A DNA stretch of 64,000 nucleotides, from contig OZ037769.1 of the NCBI GenBank assembly GCA_964035545.1, positions 11,500,633-11,564,632 of the forward strand. Direction: 5' to 3'. The DNA is from Bugula neritina. Lineage: Eukaryota; Animalia; Bryozoa. A program made the translations under genes and the position numbers. The notes beneath the pieces were generated by a model. It searched no databases and was not told where the DNA came from. It worked only from the letters and a program-made list of their open reading frames with translations. Shown here in pieces: positions 32,886 to 47,953 of this stretch (its first letter is position 1; each line of letters begins with the position of its first letter).

Positions 32886-35800
32886 GTCTGCAGAAAATGG
32901 AGATACTTCAATATTTTTGTTTATTTTCATGCAACTCAAGAGTTATTGAGACTGCAGGACAACGTTATGTTATAGCTTATGGCAACTCATGAGTGTATAT
33001 CAGTGTATAGCATACAAGAAACTGCAGAAACCTAATTAGTTTTTAAGTTATTTGAAAAAAATACCAAGGTACCTTAGCTACACATTTACAACTAAATTTA
33101 AAGTTGATTGGAAAAAAATGTTGCACAAATAACAAAAAGAAAAATTGTAAAACTGAAATAAGAGCCCAGTTTGAGGTTGGGCTTACATACTATCGAACGC
33201 AAAAAACATGTCACATGTACACAAACATTCTTAAGAGACAGAAAGCTTATGTGAGACTTGAAATGGCACAGAGAAATGCTATGCAGTCTGTAAACAGATT
33301 GAGTGGGAGAATCAGCATGTTCAAATTTATTGGAGAGCAGATGCAAACACCACAAACTATATAAGTTACACAAATTTAATCCTAAAGACAAGCAAAGCTA
33401 TTCAACTGACAAACCTAAAGTCTCAACAAGAGTGTGTGATGGAAGTGACTACTGCTGATGCAGTAGATGATTAGACATATAGAGAGCTATACCCTTTCAG
33501 GTCTCACCAACTATAACTGTGTGCACATACTCAAACATAGATGAAGATGGCTAGGTTAGTGTGGATGTGTGAGAACTATAGATAAGATCTAGTAACATTG
33601 CAAACTCCTATGATTATTGGCGGCACCAGTCGCCAAGTTTCTGCATAATGTTGAACTCTGGAACTCGTTAGGCACAACCCAGTTGCTTACTATATTGTAT
33701 ACTAGAAAGTTAGATATATTTGCTAGCAGTCCTCTCAAAAACTCAATATACAAATTTGGATTTGCTGGAGAAGTTTTATCAACAGAAGATGTAAAAGCAC
33801 CTGCAGAATCAGTGCTACTCTACTCTTCCAGCTTGTACTAGAGCTAGAACCTCTAGAAAAAGGAAGCGAAGGCAATTAGAGACTCCATGACGGCTTCAAT
33901 AATCTGACATGAGCTGCTACCTTGTTGACATTTCTAAAACAGTTTTTGATACTGACCACCTCCCCAAACTTCCATAAATTGATATTTCATTCCATAATAA
34001 AAAATATCAGAACCAATAACAGCAACAATAAACAGTGGTCAAAGATAGTGAATTTGCAGTAACCTGCCATTTTTCTAGAGGTCTCCAAAACTTAACAGAA
34101 CCTCGCCATAATAAATACTCTATGTGAATAGAGTGATCAAAAGTATTTGTTCTAGAATAGTTGGACATAAAGCCAGTAATGCAGGTCCTTGAAATGTCAA
34201 ATGACACATAAGTCAATCTGGCAACTGTTTTTTTTTTCAGGCTTCTATATGCTATTTATGCATGTTCTATTTTCAGAAATTATGCAAAGTTGGTGCACAC
34301 TATTTTTAACAAATTAGTAGCAATATAGGTTTTTTCTGTAAAAAAACCTCAAAAATAATCTGATTCATATTTGTACAATTTATACAATACACAAGTCACT
34401 AAATTTGTGCTTTATGTTCAAAATTGGCATTTCTCAAGTTAAATGTAATAATCCTTTTTTTATATTAAAAAATAACTAAAGTTGCATCCTAAAAAGATGA
34501 GACAATCAAACACCTTTCAATTAACCAGGAGGTCAATTTATTGGCCTTTACAATCCAACTTTACTATAACTTTATGAGACTGTGTAACCTGAGACTGATG
34601 GCATGTTGATTTAAAAATTGGTGTTAATTTTTCAATACTTTAAAACCCTGTGACCTTAAATAAAATATACAGATAATTATGATGACAAATATGAAACTAC
34701 ATTGAAGTTTATTACAAGTTAAAATAATAGAAAGTGAAACTGATTAATCCCTTGCAGACATACTCAGAGTCACTTAATTTCAATCATTATGATTGACATT
34801 ATACAATGACAATAGATGTCTCTAAACTCTAAAGTCACAGACCCAAATATTTAGACTGCATCTGTAGCCTACTTATACAGTAACTGTAAGTGCAACTGTA
34901 AGTGCAACTGTAAGACCAAGTGCGAGTCAATAACAGTAACAGTATTAGTATCACAAGAGTACGTGTAAGCTTTAGAAATTATATGTCAAATTCTGAAATA
35001 TAATAATAAATAATTATAATTATTATGTACTGTGTACAAATAATAATAATAGAATATCATCATGATCACTATGAATATAATTATTATTATTATTAGTAAT
35101 ACTGATGAAATATTGATTATTGAGTTAAACTTAATACAATATGAACTTGAAGATCATTTATACTTATACGTAGAGTGAGTCTCAATCTCTTACAGTGAGT
35201 GTGACAGTGACACTCTGGATTCCCCAAATCTACGGCCTACAGATGGTGCTACACCTAGAACGTAGCAACTGAAATAACTAATAAGTAATAAGTAATAGGT
35301 AATAACTAATAAGACTAAGTGTTAGACTTAGAGTTAGTGTCACACTCACAGTCACTGTCAGCGTGAGACTGAGTCAGAGATATGAGACTCGGTGTGAAAC
35401 TAACTTTTCTCTCATCTAATTTTATAATTTTAGTTCAACAGTTTTGAAGCAGCTCTAACTTCTAAGCCTTTATTATTATGACTATCACTATGAGTATGAG
35501 ACTATCACTTTCAGTATGAGTATGATTATCATTATCATTATGATTGTGAGTATCAGTATCACATTCACTGCCAACATGAACATGAACATAGTTTTTATTA
35601 AATTGTATTACAAACGAGTAGCTACAACTAACGTTAAACATCGTAGGCATCCAGGTTATTTCGATAAAATCAATTACTGTTAATTGAAAGTTCATACTTT
35701 TTTAGTTGCATTCACAAAATATTTAAAAAAAATCTCAACTCAATATACCAGAAAAAATGAATTAAAATATATGTGTTAATAGCACTGATATTGACGTGAC

Positions 35801-38800
35801 CGTGGCACATGAAAAATCTGAAAGAAGAGTTGTCTTCTATTTTTCTATATTAACGTATAGAGCTTGCCGTGAAAATACAGATTTTTAAAAAAAAATATTG
35901 TGACCCTCTGGTAATTTTTTGAATTTAGAAAATTGGCTCATATAATTCTTTTCATGTGGACAACAGCTCACTTTTTTTTAAATTTATTTTGAAGCTCTTT
36001 TCGTAAAAAATAATCAAAAGTAAAAAATCCAAAATTTTTACAAATTGGTTCGGGGCTTGATGTGAAAGGCGTTTGGACGAAGATGTCAAGGTCACCATTA
36101 ATAAATATATTTCATCACAATACTGCACGAAAAGCTAATGAAGTGAGCTGAAAATTAGGTTGCTAGCATATTGATATACATTATATTGATTGTTACAGTA
36201 TTATTTTTTAAATTTGTTTTGTTATCAGTTAAGTTTAACTTTTTCATAAAGCTGCTGTTAGACTAAGAGTAAGACATAATATTACTATTAGCAACAATGA
36301 TAATATTAAATTAAAACTATTATTAAATTCACGGTGAAGTGTCACTATGACTATGATACTCTATGACTATGAGTATGAGTATCGTATAAATTAATTATAA
36401 TGAGTATGAGTATCACTATGACATTAACTCAATCAGTGATTGACTATGTCTATTACTATGAATATGACTATGCATAACATAATGAGAATATCAATATGAA
36501 TATGGCTTCTAATTATTGTAACTTTTGACTATGACGATGCTGATACTGATAGTGATAATCACTGCCAGCCCAAGTCTCATACTCATAGTGATACTATTAC
36601 TATTGTCTATTAGTATTACTATTAGTACAACTACTAGTATTACTCATAGTTCTGATAATGATGCAGATGATAGTTTTAGAAGTTCTACTTCTACTTTTAT
36701 AGTACGCTAGATTGTATATTGATATTACTATAACATTGATTGTACAGAGGTAGCTAAAATATACATTAAATTACCAATAATTTTAACTCGCCAATACACT
36801 ATGAGTAGAACAATCAAATGCAATGATAGAAAATTAATTAGTCATAGCAGCCCGTTGCTTGAAGAACATCAAGCTACAGGTCTAAAATTATGTAGTTTTG
36901 TGATCCATTACATAACAAAATAATTTTTTTCAAACTGGTTTAATACTTTTATTATGAACACGCTTATCAAAGTAACATGTTTGTGATGTATATTCTATTA
37001 AAAAAGCAATCACATCAGGTTTTCAACTTGTATGTTGTACAATGTTTATTATGGTGACAAGTTACTAAATCATATAGTTCAGCTTTGTAAAGTAAAGCTG
37101 ATAAAATAAATACAAGTATGTGATTGTTTTACTGCTATATATTAAATTTAAATGAGTTGAATAATATCCTAGTGCAGTGAATTAGATATTTTTTAGCTTT
37201 GGTACACCTGTTTGTTATAGGCTAACATTCCACCAATAGAAGAATGGTGCAAGTAGAAGAAATTTCAGGCGCAGAAAGCTAAGGAGCAGTCAGAATGCTG
37301 CCAGAGTTGTGAAGAGGCACTTGAAAAAGCTGAATTTCAATAATGACATGACATTCGTAACATATCACCCTGGTGTATTTGAACTGACATGGCCAGCAGA
37401 GTTCTCGAAGTCACATTCAACAGCTATTTACATCATCATGGTTAGCTTAAATTTAATTCCTATATCAGTCTCTAATATATAGTTTGATATCTGCTGTAAA
37501 TTCGCTTAAGGAGCATACACATAACCAAAACTGAGTTACACTATAGTATTTGTTCTTGAATATATTTACCAAGATAAGTAGATTTGCTAATTCATTAACA
37601 GTAAAATTATAATGATACAACAATTTTTCTTTTAGATGATTCAATCAATAACACAGGACACTACAACATGGTTTTGCAGTTATAAAGTATTAATTTTCTG
37701 GCTCTTTCCAAATCTTCATAGAAGGCAAAGAAAACCACCGTCAGCTTGCCTTTATAACTGAGTGCAAGCTTCTTCCACCTACAGATGATGATAAACAATT
37801 TGCTGATGTGGAACTTTCTAATTTTGTTTACAATGAAGATAGATTATAGGACATTATTCTTTATGTAAAGATTGTCAAGTTTTGTTATAATTAAGAACAG
37901 TTTTAGTTTCAATAAATCAGTTCAACATTATGGACATCATTGCACAAACATTTTAATCTTTACTATCTACAAAGGTATCTGATGGACTACTTGAAAATAC
38001 AAAACTATGCTCCAGATACACAATGAACTGACCAGCAAAGTTAAAATGAGTTGGAGATGTAGAACATAATATCTTGTTCAAGGCTTTTCCCTGCTGTTGG
38101 AACCTTCTTCTTCAGAACACTGAATTGAACAAACATATGTAGATATATAAAACTTTGCAAACAATAATAATGTGAAATTAGTTGCTAAGTATCACATTGC
38201 TAATAAATACAGCGTTGTGTAATATTTTATTTAATTTTCTTTTGAGCCGTTTGATCTATAGGCCCGCATAGTATTTACTATATTATAACTAGTAAATTGC
38301 AGACACATTATGTCAGACCAGTCTCCATTTAAATAGAATAGTGTAGGCTATCAAATTTGTAGAAGTAAAAAACCGCATTCTTATTGAGTAAAATACTTAC
38401 CTTTTTTTTCATGATGCCTCTACTGCTAAAAAGAGAAGTTTTTATCAATACAGCTCCATCAATCTGTATCCTGATGAAGCTAGTAGTTTAGGAACATTTG
38501 TGGCGGGGAGTGTAGGCTGAGCTGCAGTATAGGAAGAACCCCAACATATGTAATCTATTCAGCACATTATATGTATTGTAGAAATTTATTCAAAAAAGAA
38601 TTTAGAAAATGTTTCATGAAGCATGAACAAAATAAAAATTAATGCTGTAATATTATTACACCCATTAGAATTACTAGCAGCTATAGCATTAAAATTATGT
38701 ATTTTTATAAAAATGTGTCTAATTTATGCTACAAAGTTATTACTGCCAAAGGTTACAAAATTTACCAGTCACATTCATGCAGCTGATGGAGAATAACTAA

Positions 38801-40734
38801 CCTTCACATGCAATAAATACAATTAGTAGCTCTATCTAAAACTAATGCGCTGCTAAATGTTAGGAGTATAAGTTATAGTTATTCTAAGGAATAATTGCAA
38901 AAAAAGTTACGTAGAGGAATTTAACTCTTATTATAATGTAATTATCTTCCAAGATATATTACAACATCACTACTTGGATGCATACAATGTCATATTTATA
39001 TTGGCTTCAACATAATTTTCAATAATTTCCAATCTATTAACTTGAGCATTATGATTGTGATTATTTTATAAATAAGGCGATGATTAGGCACTGTTGGTAT
39101 TTTGGTTCAATTTATTTATAGCTGTAACAGGCAGAGTTGTAAATATAATGGATATATCAAAATTCCAATGGGTATAGTACTCTAACACAACATTGATACT
39201 AATAATTGTAGTCACTTACTCTTAGAATTAGTGAATGATGATACAGTCATAATAATTTGAATATTAATCAGCATTAGAGATAGACTGACTGCTTTATAAT
39301 ATTATAGTTATTATGTCAAATTGAATTTATTCACTATAACTAAAAAAATTATGATTATAATTATAAATTAAAATAATTTAAATATTATATAATATATTGA
39401 TAATTATTGGAATCATAATTATATTTATTGTTATGATCACTATGATTATAATTATTTAATATTATCTTTATGTTTGTATTTAAAGTTGTTCCTTAAATCT
39501 AAAGTTGTTTAAGTTTTATAAATTTATTATAATTATATTACTGTATAAGTATTGCTATTAGTATTAGTATAATTAAATTATTATAATTTATATTTTATTA
39601 TTTACATTTATTTTACTTTTTATTTTAGGACCAACAGTTCAAATTAATACTTGTGTCGTTTGCTTTATATTATAACTTACAAGTATAACTATTAACATAG
39701 TAATATTAGATTTGCTGTTAGTATTACTATGAATATAAATATTTATGTTAATATAGCTATCGGTATAACTTATACTTATAGTTATAACTAATATTACAAG
39801 TATTAGTTTCGAAACTGATCCTGCTCCGTAACATTAACATACTGATACTCATACTGTCATATGATTATCATTATGACTAATAATGGTATTAATAAATATA
39901 ACCATTGAATATTATTAATAATAGTTCACCAATACTAATAGGCGATAGTCATAGACTTAGAGTGAGAGTCATAGACATAGACTAGTGATACTCATACTGA
40001 TAGTGATTCACTGATTCAATTACAAATTTTAAAACTTGGTTTTACGTAGACAACTACTAACCTATAGTTCATCACAAAACGGTTGAAAATCATCATTTAC
40101 TGCATATTTAAGAGTAATTTTCTGGTAGTGTGGTCGACATGATAATTGAAATTAAAATAGGAAATATAATTATTTTGTGATTTACAGCAAGTTACAAACT
40201 AGCGAAATGGAATAGTCCATTTGAAAACAGTCAAATTAGTTACCTTTCTTGATGCTGCGTAGCTAACGTTAGTTATTAGTAGCCGCCCGAAGAGTAACAT
40301 TCACATGATTTGAGCTACGAATAACGAGAATCTGTGACAAACCCGCTTCTTAATAACTTTACGCGATATAAACTCACGCTACAATAGGGCTATTTTGCCA
40401 TCCCCACGTCAGAATAGGACACGGAGGGCAAGCTCGCGGGCAAGTCTGGGCAAGTCTAAGACACCTAATATGACCACTTTTACTTGCATTTTTGTAGTGT
40501 TTTCGTATAAGAAATTGGATAAAATGCTGATAAAACAGTTGAAAAGCATGCAAACTTTTGCTCAAATGTAATAAATAACCTGGATGCTTACGGCCTTTAA
40601 TAATGGACACCAAAAAAACTAATAATGTCCATTTGAATATAATTATGAATATCAGTGTGAGTATGAATAAGTATGAATATTTTATTGAATTGCAAAGTGT
40701 GTTACAATAAAATAAATCGAAATATGATAAAAAC

Positions 40735-41954
40735 CAGTGTGGTATATTAAGAGTGTTGCCATTAGCAAATCTTACGGAATCATATGGGCGCCATTATGCC
40801 GAGATTGGTACCGCGAGTTTATATAAGTTATAAAGGAAAAATTTTGCCACTTTTGTTATTTTATTTTTTTTCTATTTTATGTGTACATTTTTTTTAATTT
40901 TGTTTATTGGTAAAGTTTTTAAACACATTTTTAATGCACATGAAATTAAAAGAAAAATTAAAACTCAATCATGCACATAAATACAAAGCTATAAAGTTAA
41001 AGCTTCGCTGTGATTACAATGTGAATATGAATTGAATAATGCTTGCAATAACCATTATACACAAAATACGCTACAGTTGCTATAAATGTAAGACTAGTTA
41101 ATTGGATGCAAATAGGCACGGTAATACTACTTAATTTATGCTATTTTTGAATTTTGTAGTAAATATTTGGCATGTATATATATATATATATTATTATATA
41201 TATATATATATTATATATATATATATATAATATTATTATATATATATATAATATATAATATTATTATATGTATATATATATATATTATATATAATATCAT
41301 TATATATATATAATGTATATAATTTAATATATAATATAATAATATATTATATATGATATTATTATATATATAATATATAATATAATAATATATTTTATAT
41401 ATTATATATGATATTATTATATATATAATATATATATAATATAATATATAATATAATATTATAATATAATAATATATTATATATGATATTATATATATAA
41501 TAATTATAATATATAATATAATAATATATAATATATTATTATAATATAATAATATATAATATATTATTATAATATATATATTATTATAATATATATATAT
41601 ATATTATATATAATATTATTATACTTGTATAATATATATATATATATAATATAATATAATATAATATATATTAATATATAACATATTATTATAATATATA
41701 TATATATTATAAATAAAATAATATAATAATATATATTATATGATATTATATATATATATATAGTATATATATAATATAATATATAATATAATAATATATT
41801 ATATTATTATATTATATAATATATTATTATAATATGTATATTATATATAATATTAGTATACTTATATAATATATATATAATATAACAATATATAATATAA
41901 AAATATATAATATATTATTATAATATATATATATATGTATATGTATAATATGTA

Positions 41955-42023
<69 letters not shown>

Positions 42024-42450
42024 CATGCCGAATATTTACTACAAATTTCAAAAATAGCATAAATTAAATAGTATTACCGTGCCTATTTGCATCCAATTTA
42101 CTAGTCTTACATTTATAGCAACTGTAACGTATTTTGTGTAAAATGGTTATTGCAAGCATTATTCAATTCATATTCACATTGTAATCACAGCGAAGCTTAA
42201 ACTTTATAGCTTTGTATTTACGTGCATGATTAAGTTTTAATTATTTTTAAAATTTTATATGTATTGAAAATATGTTTAAAAACTTTACCAATAAACAAAA
42301 CTAAAAAAAATGGACACATAATATAAAAAAAAAAATAAAATCACAAAAGTGGCAAAATTTTTCCTTTATAACTTATATAAACTCGCGGTACCATTAGCGA
42401 CATAATGATTTTTCATGGTTTAAAGTCAACACTCTTAATATACCACACTG
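40735..42450. mobile_element. Non-autonomous hAT-type foldback element with ~440-bp inverted arms and an AT-only core
   Basis: Termini cagtgtggtatattaagagtgttg / caacactcttaatataccacactg. Perfect 8-bp TSD ataaaaac (40727-40734 and 42451-42458). Arms are ~40735-41176 and ~42020-42450. Confidence 0.92.
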
Positions 42451-45400
42451 ATAAAAACTAGTTGAGTAAAGAAAAAGAATCGCTGTGATGTGCCATAGAG
42501 TTATGTTCTCTGATCTATAAAACTGCGCAATACGAAGTCTTGATCCTCGGCTCTTTGATTGTAGTCTACTACCGCAATAAACACTTTTTTGAGGTTTTAC
42601 ATTGGTTTTGTAATTTGAAATTCTGATATGTTATATGTCATAGGTATGTTATATTATAGTAATATGAGTTGTGTTTTATGACCAATATTTATGTTATATC
42701 CAGGCTCATGCAGATGGTAGAAAGACTTGTCTTCCCCCATGTCCATTGATGGAATGGTAGCACCACTGAAATCTTTCAACGGTGAGAAAAATTGATCCCC
42801 ATCCACCCACTCAGGCGGTGGCCAACAACATGAACAAATTGATGCAAAATAATCGTAAATTCAAATATAATTACGTGAATTTCTGTGATCTGGTAAATAC
42901 AAACGAACAGTTCTATTAACATAAGAAGTTTTTTTAATGTTTTCAAATAAAATACCTTTTCTTGTGACAGTTGTACATTACATATATCTATTTAGAATAT
43001 TTATCAGTGCTAAATTCAATAGCTTGTCTAAATTGATAGAAGATTGTTTGAGCTGAAATAAAGAAAAATGTAGCTAATTGCATGATGGTCCATCCTAATT
43101 TTCTATATCATGATACATGTTGCATCCATGCATTAAAGAATGTCAATTACTAAAAACTTTGAACTGAAATAGAGATTGGCTAACTAATCGCCAGCTAGTT
43201 TTCTAAATAAAGTTGAAAAAATATGAATTGGATTACTTGATGTGATCGACAGTACACCATGCAATTGGGGGGAGGGGGGGTTTAGTAGCGCAGTATATTT
43301 CAGTAATATTATGTTATCTTTAAATACTAACTTTTGAGAATTTAAGTTTGGCTACTTCATGTTCATAACAACATATTTTCAAAACTTAGTTAAAACCTGG
43401 TCACTTATCTAGCAGTGGCTCAAATCATGTTTTTAAAATGGATTGTCACTACCAAAAAATATGAACTCTTTCTGTGCCTTCTTGAATATGTGGTGATGTT
43501 TGTTCATCCATCTTTTTTCTATCAGATATTTTAATATATTGTTTACTTAGTGCTAATAGCTTTCTGTATAGTATGATTAAAGAAATTTGCCTTGTTGAGG
43601 CTTCCTTGTAAACAGGAAAATAAGGTAAGGGCATCTATTAAAAAAGACCATAAAGAATAAAAACTACCAAAATTCAGCAAAACCAACATAAAAGTCTAAA
43701 TAGAACAGTACTTTAGAGTGTAAGGGCTAAAATACAGTCTTTCCAATACAAATGCACTGAACAAAAAGCTAAACCATAACTTGCTTAAGCATGTACAAAA
43801 GTTAAAATGTTGCACATTACTAAGAAATGTACATAAAAACTAGCTCAAATAAATGCGTATACAATTAATAACTGAAACAGTGATTAGTTAAGGATGTAAG
43901 TACTACTTAGTGAAAAATTGTATTCAGATCAACAGTATACTTATAGAAGGAAGACTAGCTAAAATGCAATAAAACTGGCTTGAATAGTTTTTTCTAGTTA
44001 TACGCTTATTTCCACAATACTATTTCTAAATTTCAAAAATCTTTAAATTTTGATGAGCAAGCCTGGACTTCCAGAAAGTTTTACGGTACTCTAGTGGGAG
44101 TTGCACCCACTACACACACCCATCAAAATTGAAAAACATTTCAGGAGACAACTCAACAAAAAGCATGACTTAATTGGCTTCTTTGAAACTTCTCAAATAA
44201 AAAAAATACAATAGCTTTAATAATTATAAATATAACATTATTACCATGGCATCGGGCGAATTCTAAATAAAAAGAAGTTTTAGTACGATAAAAAGATGGG
44301 ACCATAAACCATATAGACAGATGTCAGGGCAAACCTTGATACAAAAGTAAGTCTATAAAATTAAATTCATAACAGTGTCTAATCTTTTACACACATTGAT
44401 ATTCATATAGTTACAATAAACAAAATCAAAATGAGGTAATCTAAAATAAATAGTGTCTTAACGGAACTGAGTGGATTATAGTATTTGAAATCCTTGTGGG
44501 AAATTACAATCAGCAACGCTCTTAAATTGTCTTTTTCATTTATAAAACTAATACTAACAATAACAGAAAACATCATATTCTTCTTCAAAAATTCTAGTCT
44601 CTACTCTATAAATTATGTAACTATAATATGCACTGTCATTCTTGGACGTAGTAGCCTATACTTATTATCTATTACCCTCTTTCAATGGATTGTTGCTTTT
44701 CTTGGTAGCATCACTCCATCAGCTTTTGTGAAAAAATATCTAATAATTTTGGGTAAGCCTGAGGGACTGAGCATTAACCCTTGACATTCTCCTAGGTCCT
44801 GGCAGTTCCTGCAAAGATGAATGTATAGCTATTGCGCATGACTAAACTATGTGCATGTGAATGTAGCACAAAATTAAGACATATATTCACGAAAGTTGAT
44901 ACTACTGAGGGAATCAACAATTCACCTTTTCTAACTTGTGTAATGACTGTGGGAAGTATTGTTTCCCCAACCACTATGTCACTAACACTTGTAGTAGATG
45001 ACACAGTGCGTTATATTATAATGATCCAGGAGACGATAACTCTATATACTGCGCCCAGACTAACCATTATGAAACGTCGCATGGAGTTGTGGCACCGCAA
45101 CACTCATTATGGGCGCCACTGATCAACCCTCCAGTAGCGCCCTCCGGCTTATCGGAGACTCGACACGTGTTAAACTCTTCCGTCTTATTACAACGTGGTT
45201 GGCTTTCTGAAGGACAAGAATGCTGTAATCAGTAATGAGTAATGTGTCACTGGGTAACAGACAAGGAACTGATACCTGCCATCCGAAGGATTTTGGTACC
45301 TTTAGTCAGATGATTACAATAATAATACATTTTTGCAGTTAATGTTATACGTCTAGGTAAGTAATAAATTGTCATTTTGTAGAGGTATACGATTACTAGA

Positions 45401-45732
45401 AGCAGGGGAGTAGTGCTGTCAGTGTGAGTGTGGGTGTTGCACTTAGTGCTTACTCTTACTCTTAGTCTTACACAGCAACAACCAACAACCTGAACCAACT
45501 ACTACTAGTGAATTTGACTATGACTCAAAATTTGAGAAGTAAATTAGTTATTAAATCTAGTAATTTTAATAAATATTTATATTATTTATATTTTCACTTG
45601 TTAGTTGTTAACGTTACGAACCGTTCTACTTCGTCTTCTAATAATAATTTCAATTTGACATCCTGACACCATATTCAATAATTCATATTGATATTCATAT
45701 TTCATGTAGGTAGTATAGAAAGCCTCTATTCG

Positions 45733-45890
45733 ACTAGTAGTAATAGTATTAGTAGTAGTAGTAGTAGTGGTGGCAGCGGTGGCACCGGCAGTAGCAGTAG
45801 TAGTTGCAGTAGTAGTAGTAGTAGTAGTACTAGTAGTATTAGTAGTAGTAGTAGTAGCAGTAGTACTAGAATAGTAGTAGTAGTAGTAGT
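45733..45890. repeat. (AGT)n trinucleotide microsatellite
   Basis: Seen directly. It produces the poly-Ser and poly-Leu pseudo-ORFs. Confidence 0.9.
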
Positions 45891-46534
45891 TGGGCTTGGT
45901 AGAATCGTAACTGTAACTGTAAGGAGTATTTTAAAAGGGTGTAGGTCATTTCGTACCCACTTGTTCAAGTCATTTCGTACACATAAATATTTATATAAAC
46001 TAAAATACATATTTTAATATTTATTTATTATTTGATGTATGAATCACTGTCATGCAGTACTGTTCACAAGTACTAGTAACTGACACATTTCATTTCACCT
46101 CATGCTATTATTGTGATATATAGATGCTAGGAGGAACCTCTCTTAGGGCTTAGACTTTAGAGTTTAGATATTCATATTCATATTGATATTATTATCAATA
46201 GATGGCAGCACATAGAATGATAGTGATAGAGATGAGTGATGAGTGATGAATAGTGATGAGAATATTTTTCATTTAAAAAATGCTGGGAGAAAAAGAGAGC
46301 TGGGATGCAATATACAAGTAAACTAGTATTATTCAACTTCAAGTGCTCATCTAGTGTATTAATTTATTCATTTTGTGTATGAAAGGGATAGCAGTTTGTG
46401 TACAACACCAGTAAGCCTTTTAAAATGTTTACTAAGATTAAGGCTAAGCTTTGTTGAATAGTAATAAGATTAAATTTGCGTTATTGGTTGTATAATAATG
46501 TATAGGTTATTTCAAAATAGTCTACAATGCTTAA

Positions 46535-47228
46535 CCCTTACGCAATCAATGGACCATATATGTCCCTCAAAGCGACACTATCCGCAGATCAATGGACCAT
46601 ATATGGTCTTTTAGGTAAATAAACAATACCGCTTAGTTTAAACTTCCAGTTTTCAACCAAACAGCCTAAAAGTTTTTGTAATTGATGTTGATAGTGCAGC
46701 TTGGTAATTTTGGGATAATTATAGCCATTAAATTTGATTAAATAATAGCTACCAAGCCAGCTAGTTGCTTTTCAATTTAATCCTTAAATTTCAAAATTAT
46801 CGGCAAATTTTAACGCTACTTTCAAATGCAAGAAACTGCTGTCAAATTATAGAGAGCCAGTTTATTTTATTTAGATTACATTTAGAAGAACATCTAAATA
46901 AACAGAAATGTTAAAGTCACTGTAATTTGAATCATATTATAAATTAATTTTATCATTTTGAGTTTTCAATTTTAAAATGGCGGTTTTGAGAGGTCAAATT
47001 AAAATGACTGATTTTAGCTAGAATTAAGGTCTCCCGTCACTTTAAGAAGCTTTTTATAATAGAAAATACTCCTAAAATTATAATACCCAGTTTATTTAAG
47101 GCCGAAATCAAGTGTAACTTTTTAATAATGAAATTGAAAGTTATGCAAAATTTGTTAGCAAAGCAAATTTCGCGATAAACTCAAACGAGGCATAAAATTA
47201 CGTAACTTCAAAGTTGATCGCGAAAGAG
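46535..47228. mobile_element. piggyBac-like non-autonomous element
   Basis: TTAA on both sides (46531-46534 and 47229-47232). Imperfect TIR cccttacgcaatcaa / ttgatcgcgaaagag. Subterminal direct repeat atcaatggaccatatatg. Confidence 0.75.
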
Positions 47229-47499
47229 TTAAACTGTGTTGAATAAGTTTACGTTGATTGTATTTGTATAGCATCTTATTTGCATGGTAAAATTGTATAG
47301 GGTATTCTAAAATAGTCTACACCCTTGTGATGTAATCTTTCAGGACTTTTGTGTAGTTAGCCAGCTTACCAGCTGACATGTTATTCAACACATAATAATT
47401 CTTGTATGTTTGAAACTATCCATGTGTTGAGCAGCTGGCATGAAAGAGCTAGTCAACTTTTTTTGGTAAAACGTGGAAAATCCACAATCTTGTCAGCAT

Positions 47500-47953
47500 T
47501 CCAATCGCTATACTTTTCTATACTTTCGTATATAGATGAATATTGTATCACCATTAGTAAATCACTCAACAAATATGATATCTTTTTTAGACTCTAGACC
47601 CCCATGTGATGTGAATCAAGAAGAATAGAACATATTCATATTGACCACACTCCACACACTACTATAGAGTGATTGTAATGGAATGTCATTGAATACCCAT
47701 TCACCCAAGTTATCTAGCACATCTCCAACCTCAGGTAGGTTATATGGCTGTCAAAAATATTCCTTGTTGTCTTCTGTTTTTACAACTGCCGAACAATGCT
47801 CTCCTGTTAATTGTGTGGTTTTGTATTTATAACCATACAAAATTAAAAATTCTGAGCACACAGTAGTAGGTCTATAGAAAAGACTACTTAAAAGTTAAAT
47901 TTTTCAATGGGTCTATCTGCCTTCAATATTCTGTAGATTTGTTTGCCATCCAT
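47500..47953 (-). pseudogene. Polinton/Maverick adenain-like cysteine protease, decayed
   Basis: MDGKQIYRILKAD..VINTKPH..GEHCSAV..EYF..LQSLYSSV..CGQY..FFL with stops and frameshifts. Matches the His..Gln..Cys layout (GEHW, LQS, CGQYC) of Polinton proteases. Confidence 0.75.

Noticed and set aside
36800-38530. Exon-like segments (37221-37440 plus; 38401-38521 minus)
   Set aside because: I could not join them into a phase-consistent ORF; they contain in-frame stops and no recognisable motif.
45688-46017. Ser-rich and Leu-rich ORFs
   Set aside because: (AGT)n microsatellite with no splice or homology support.
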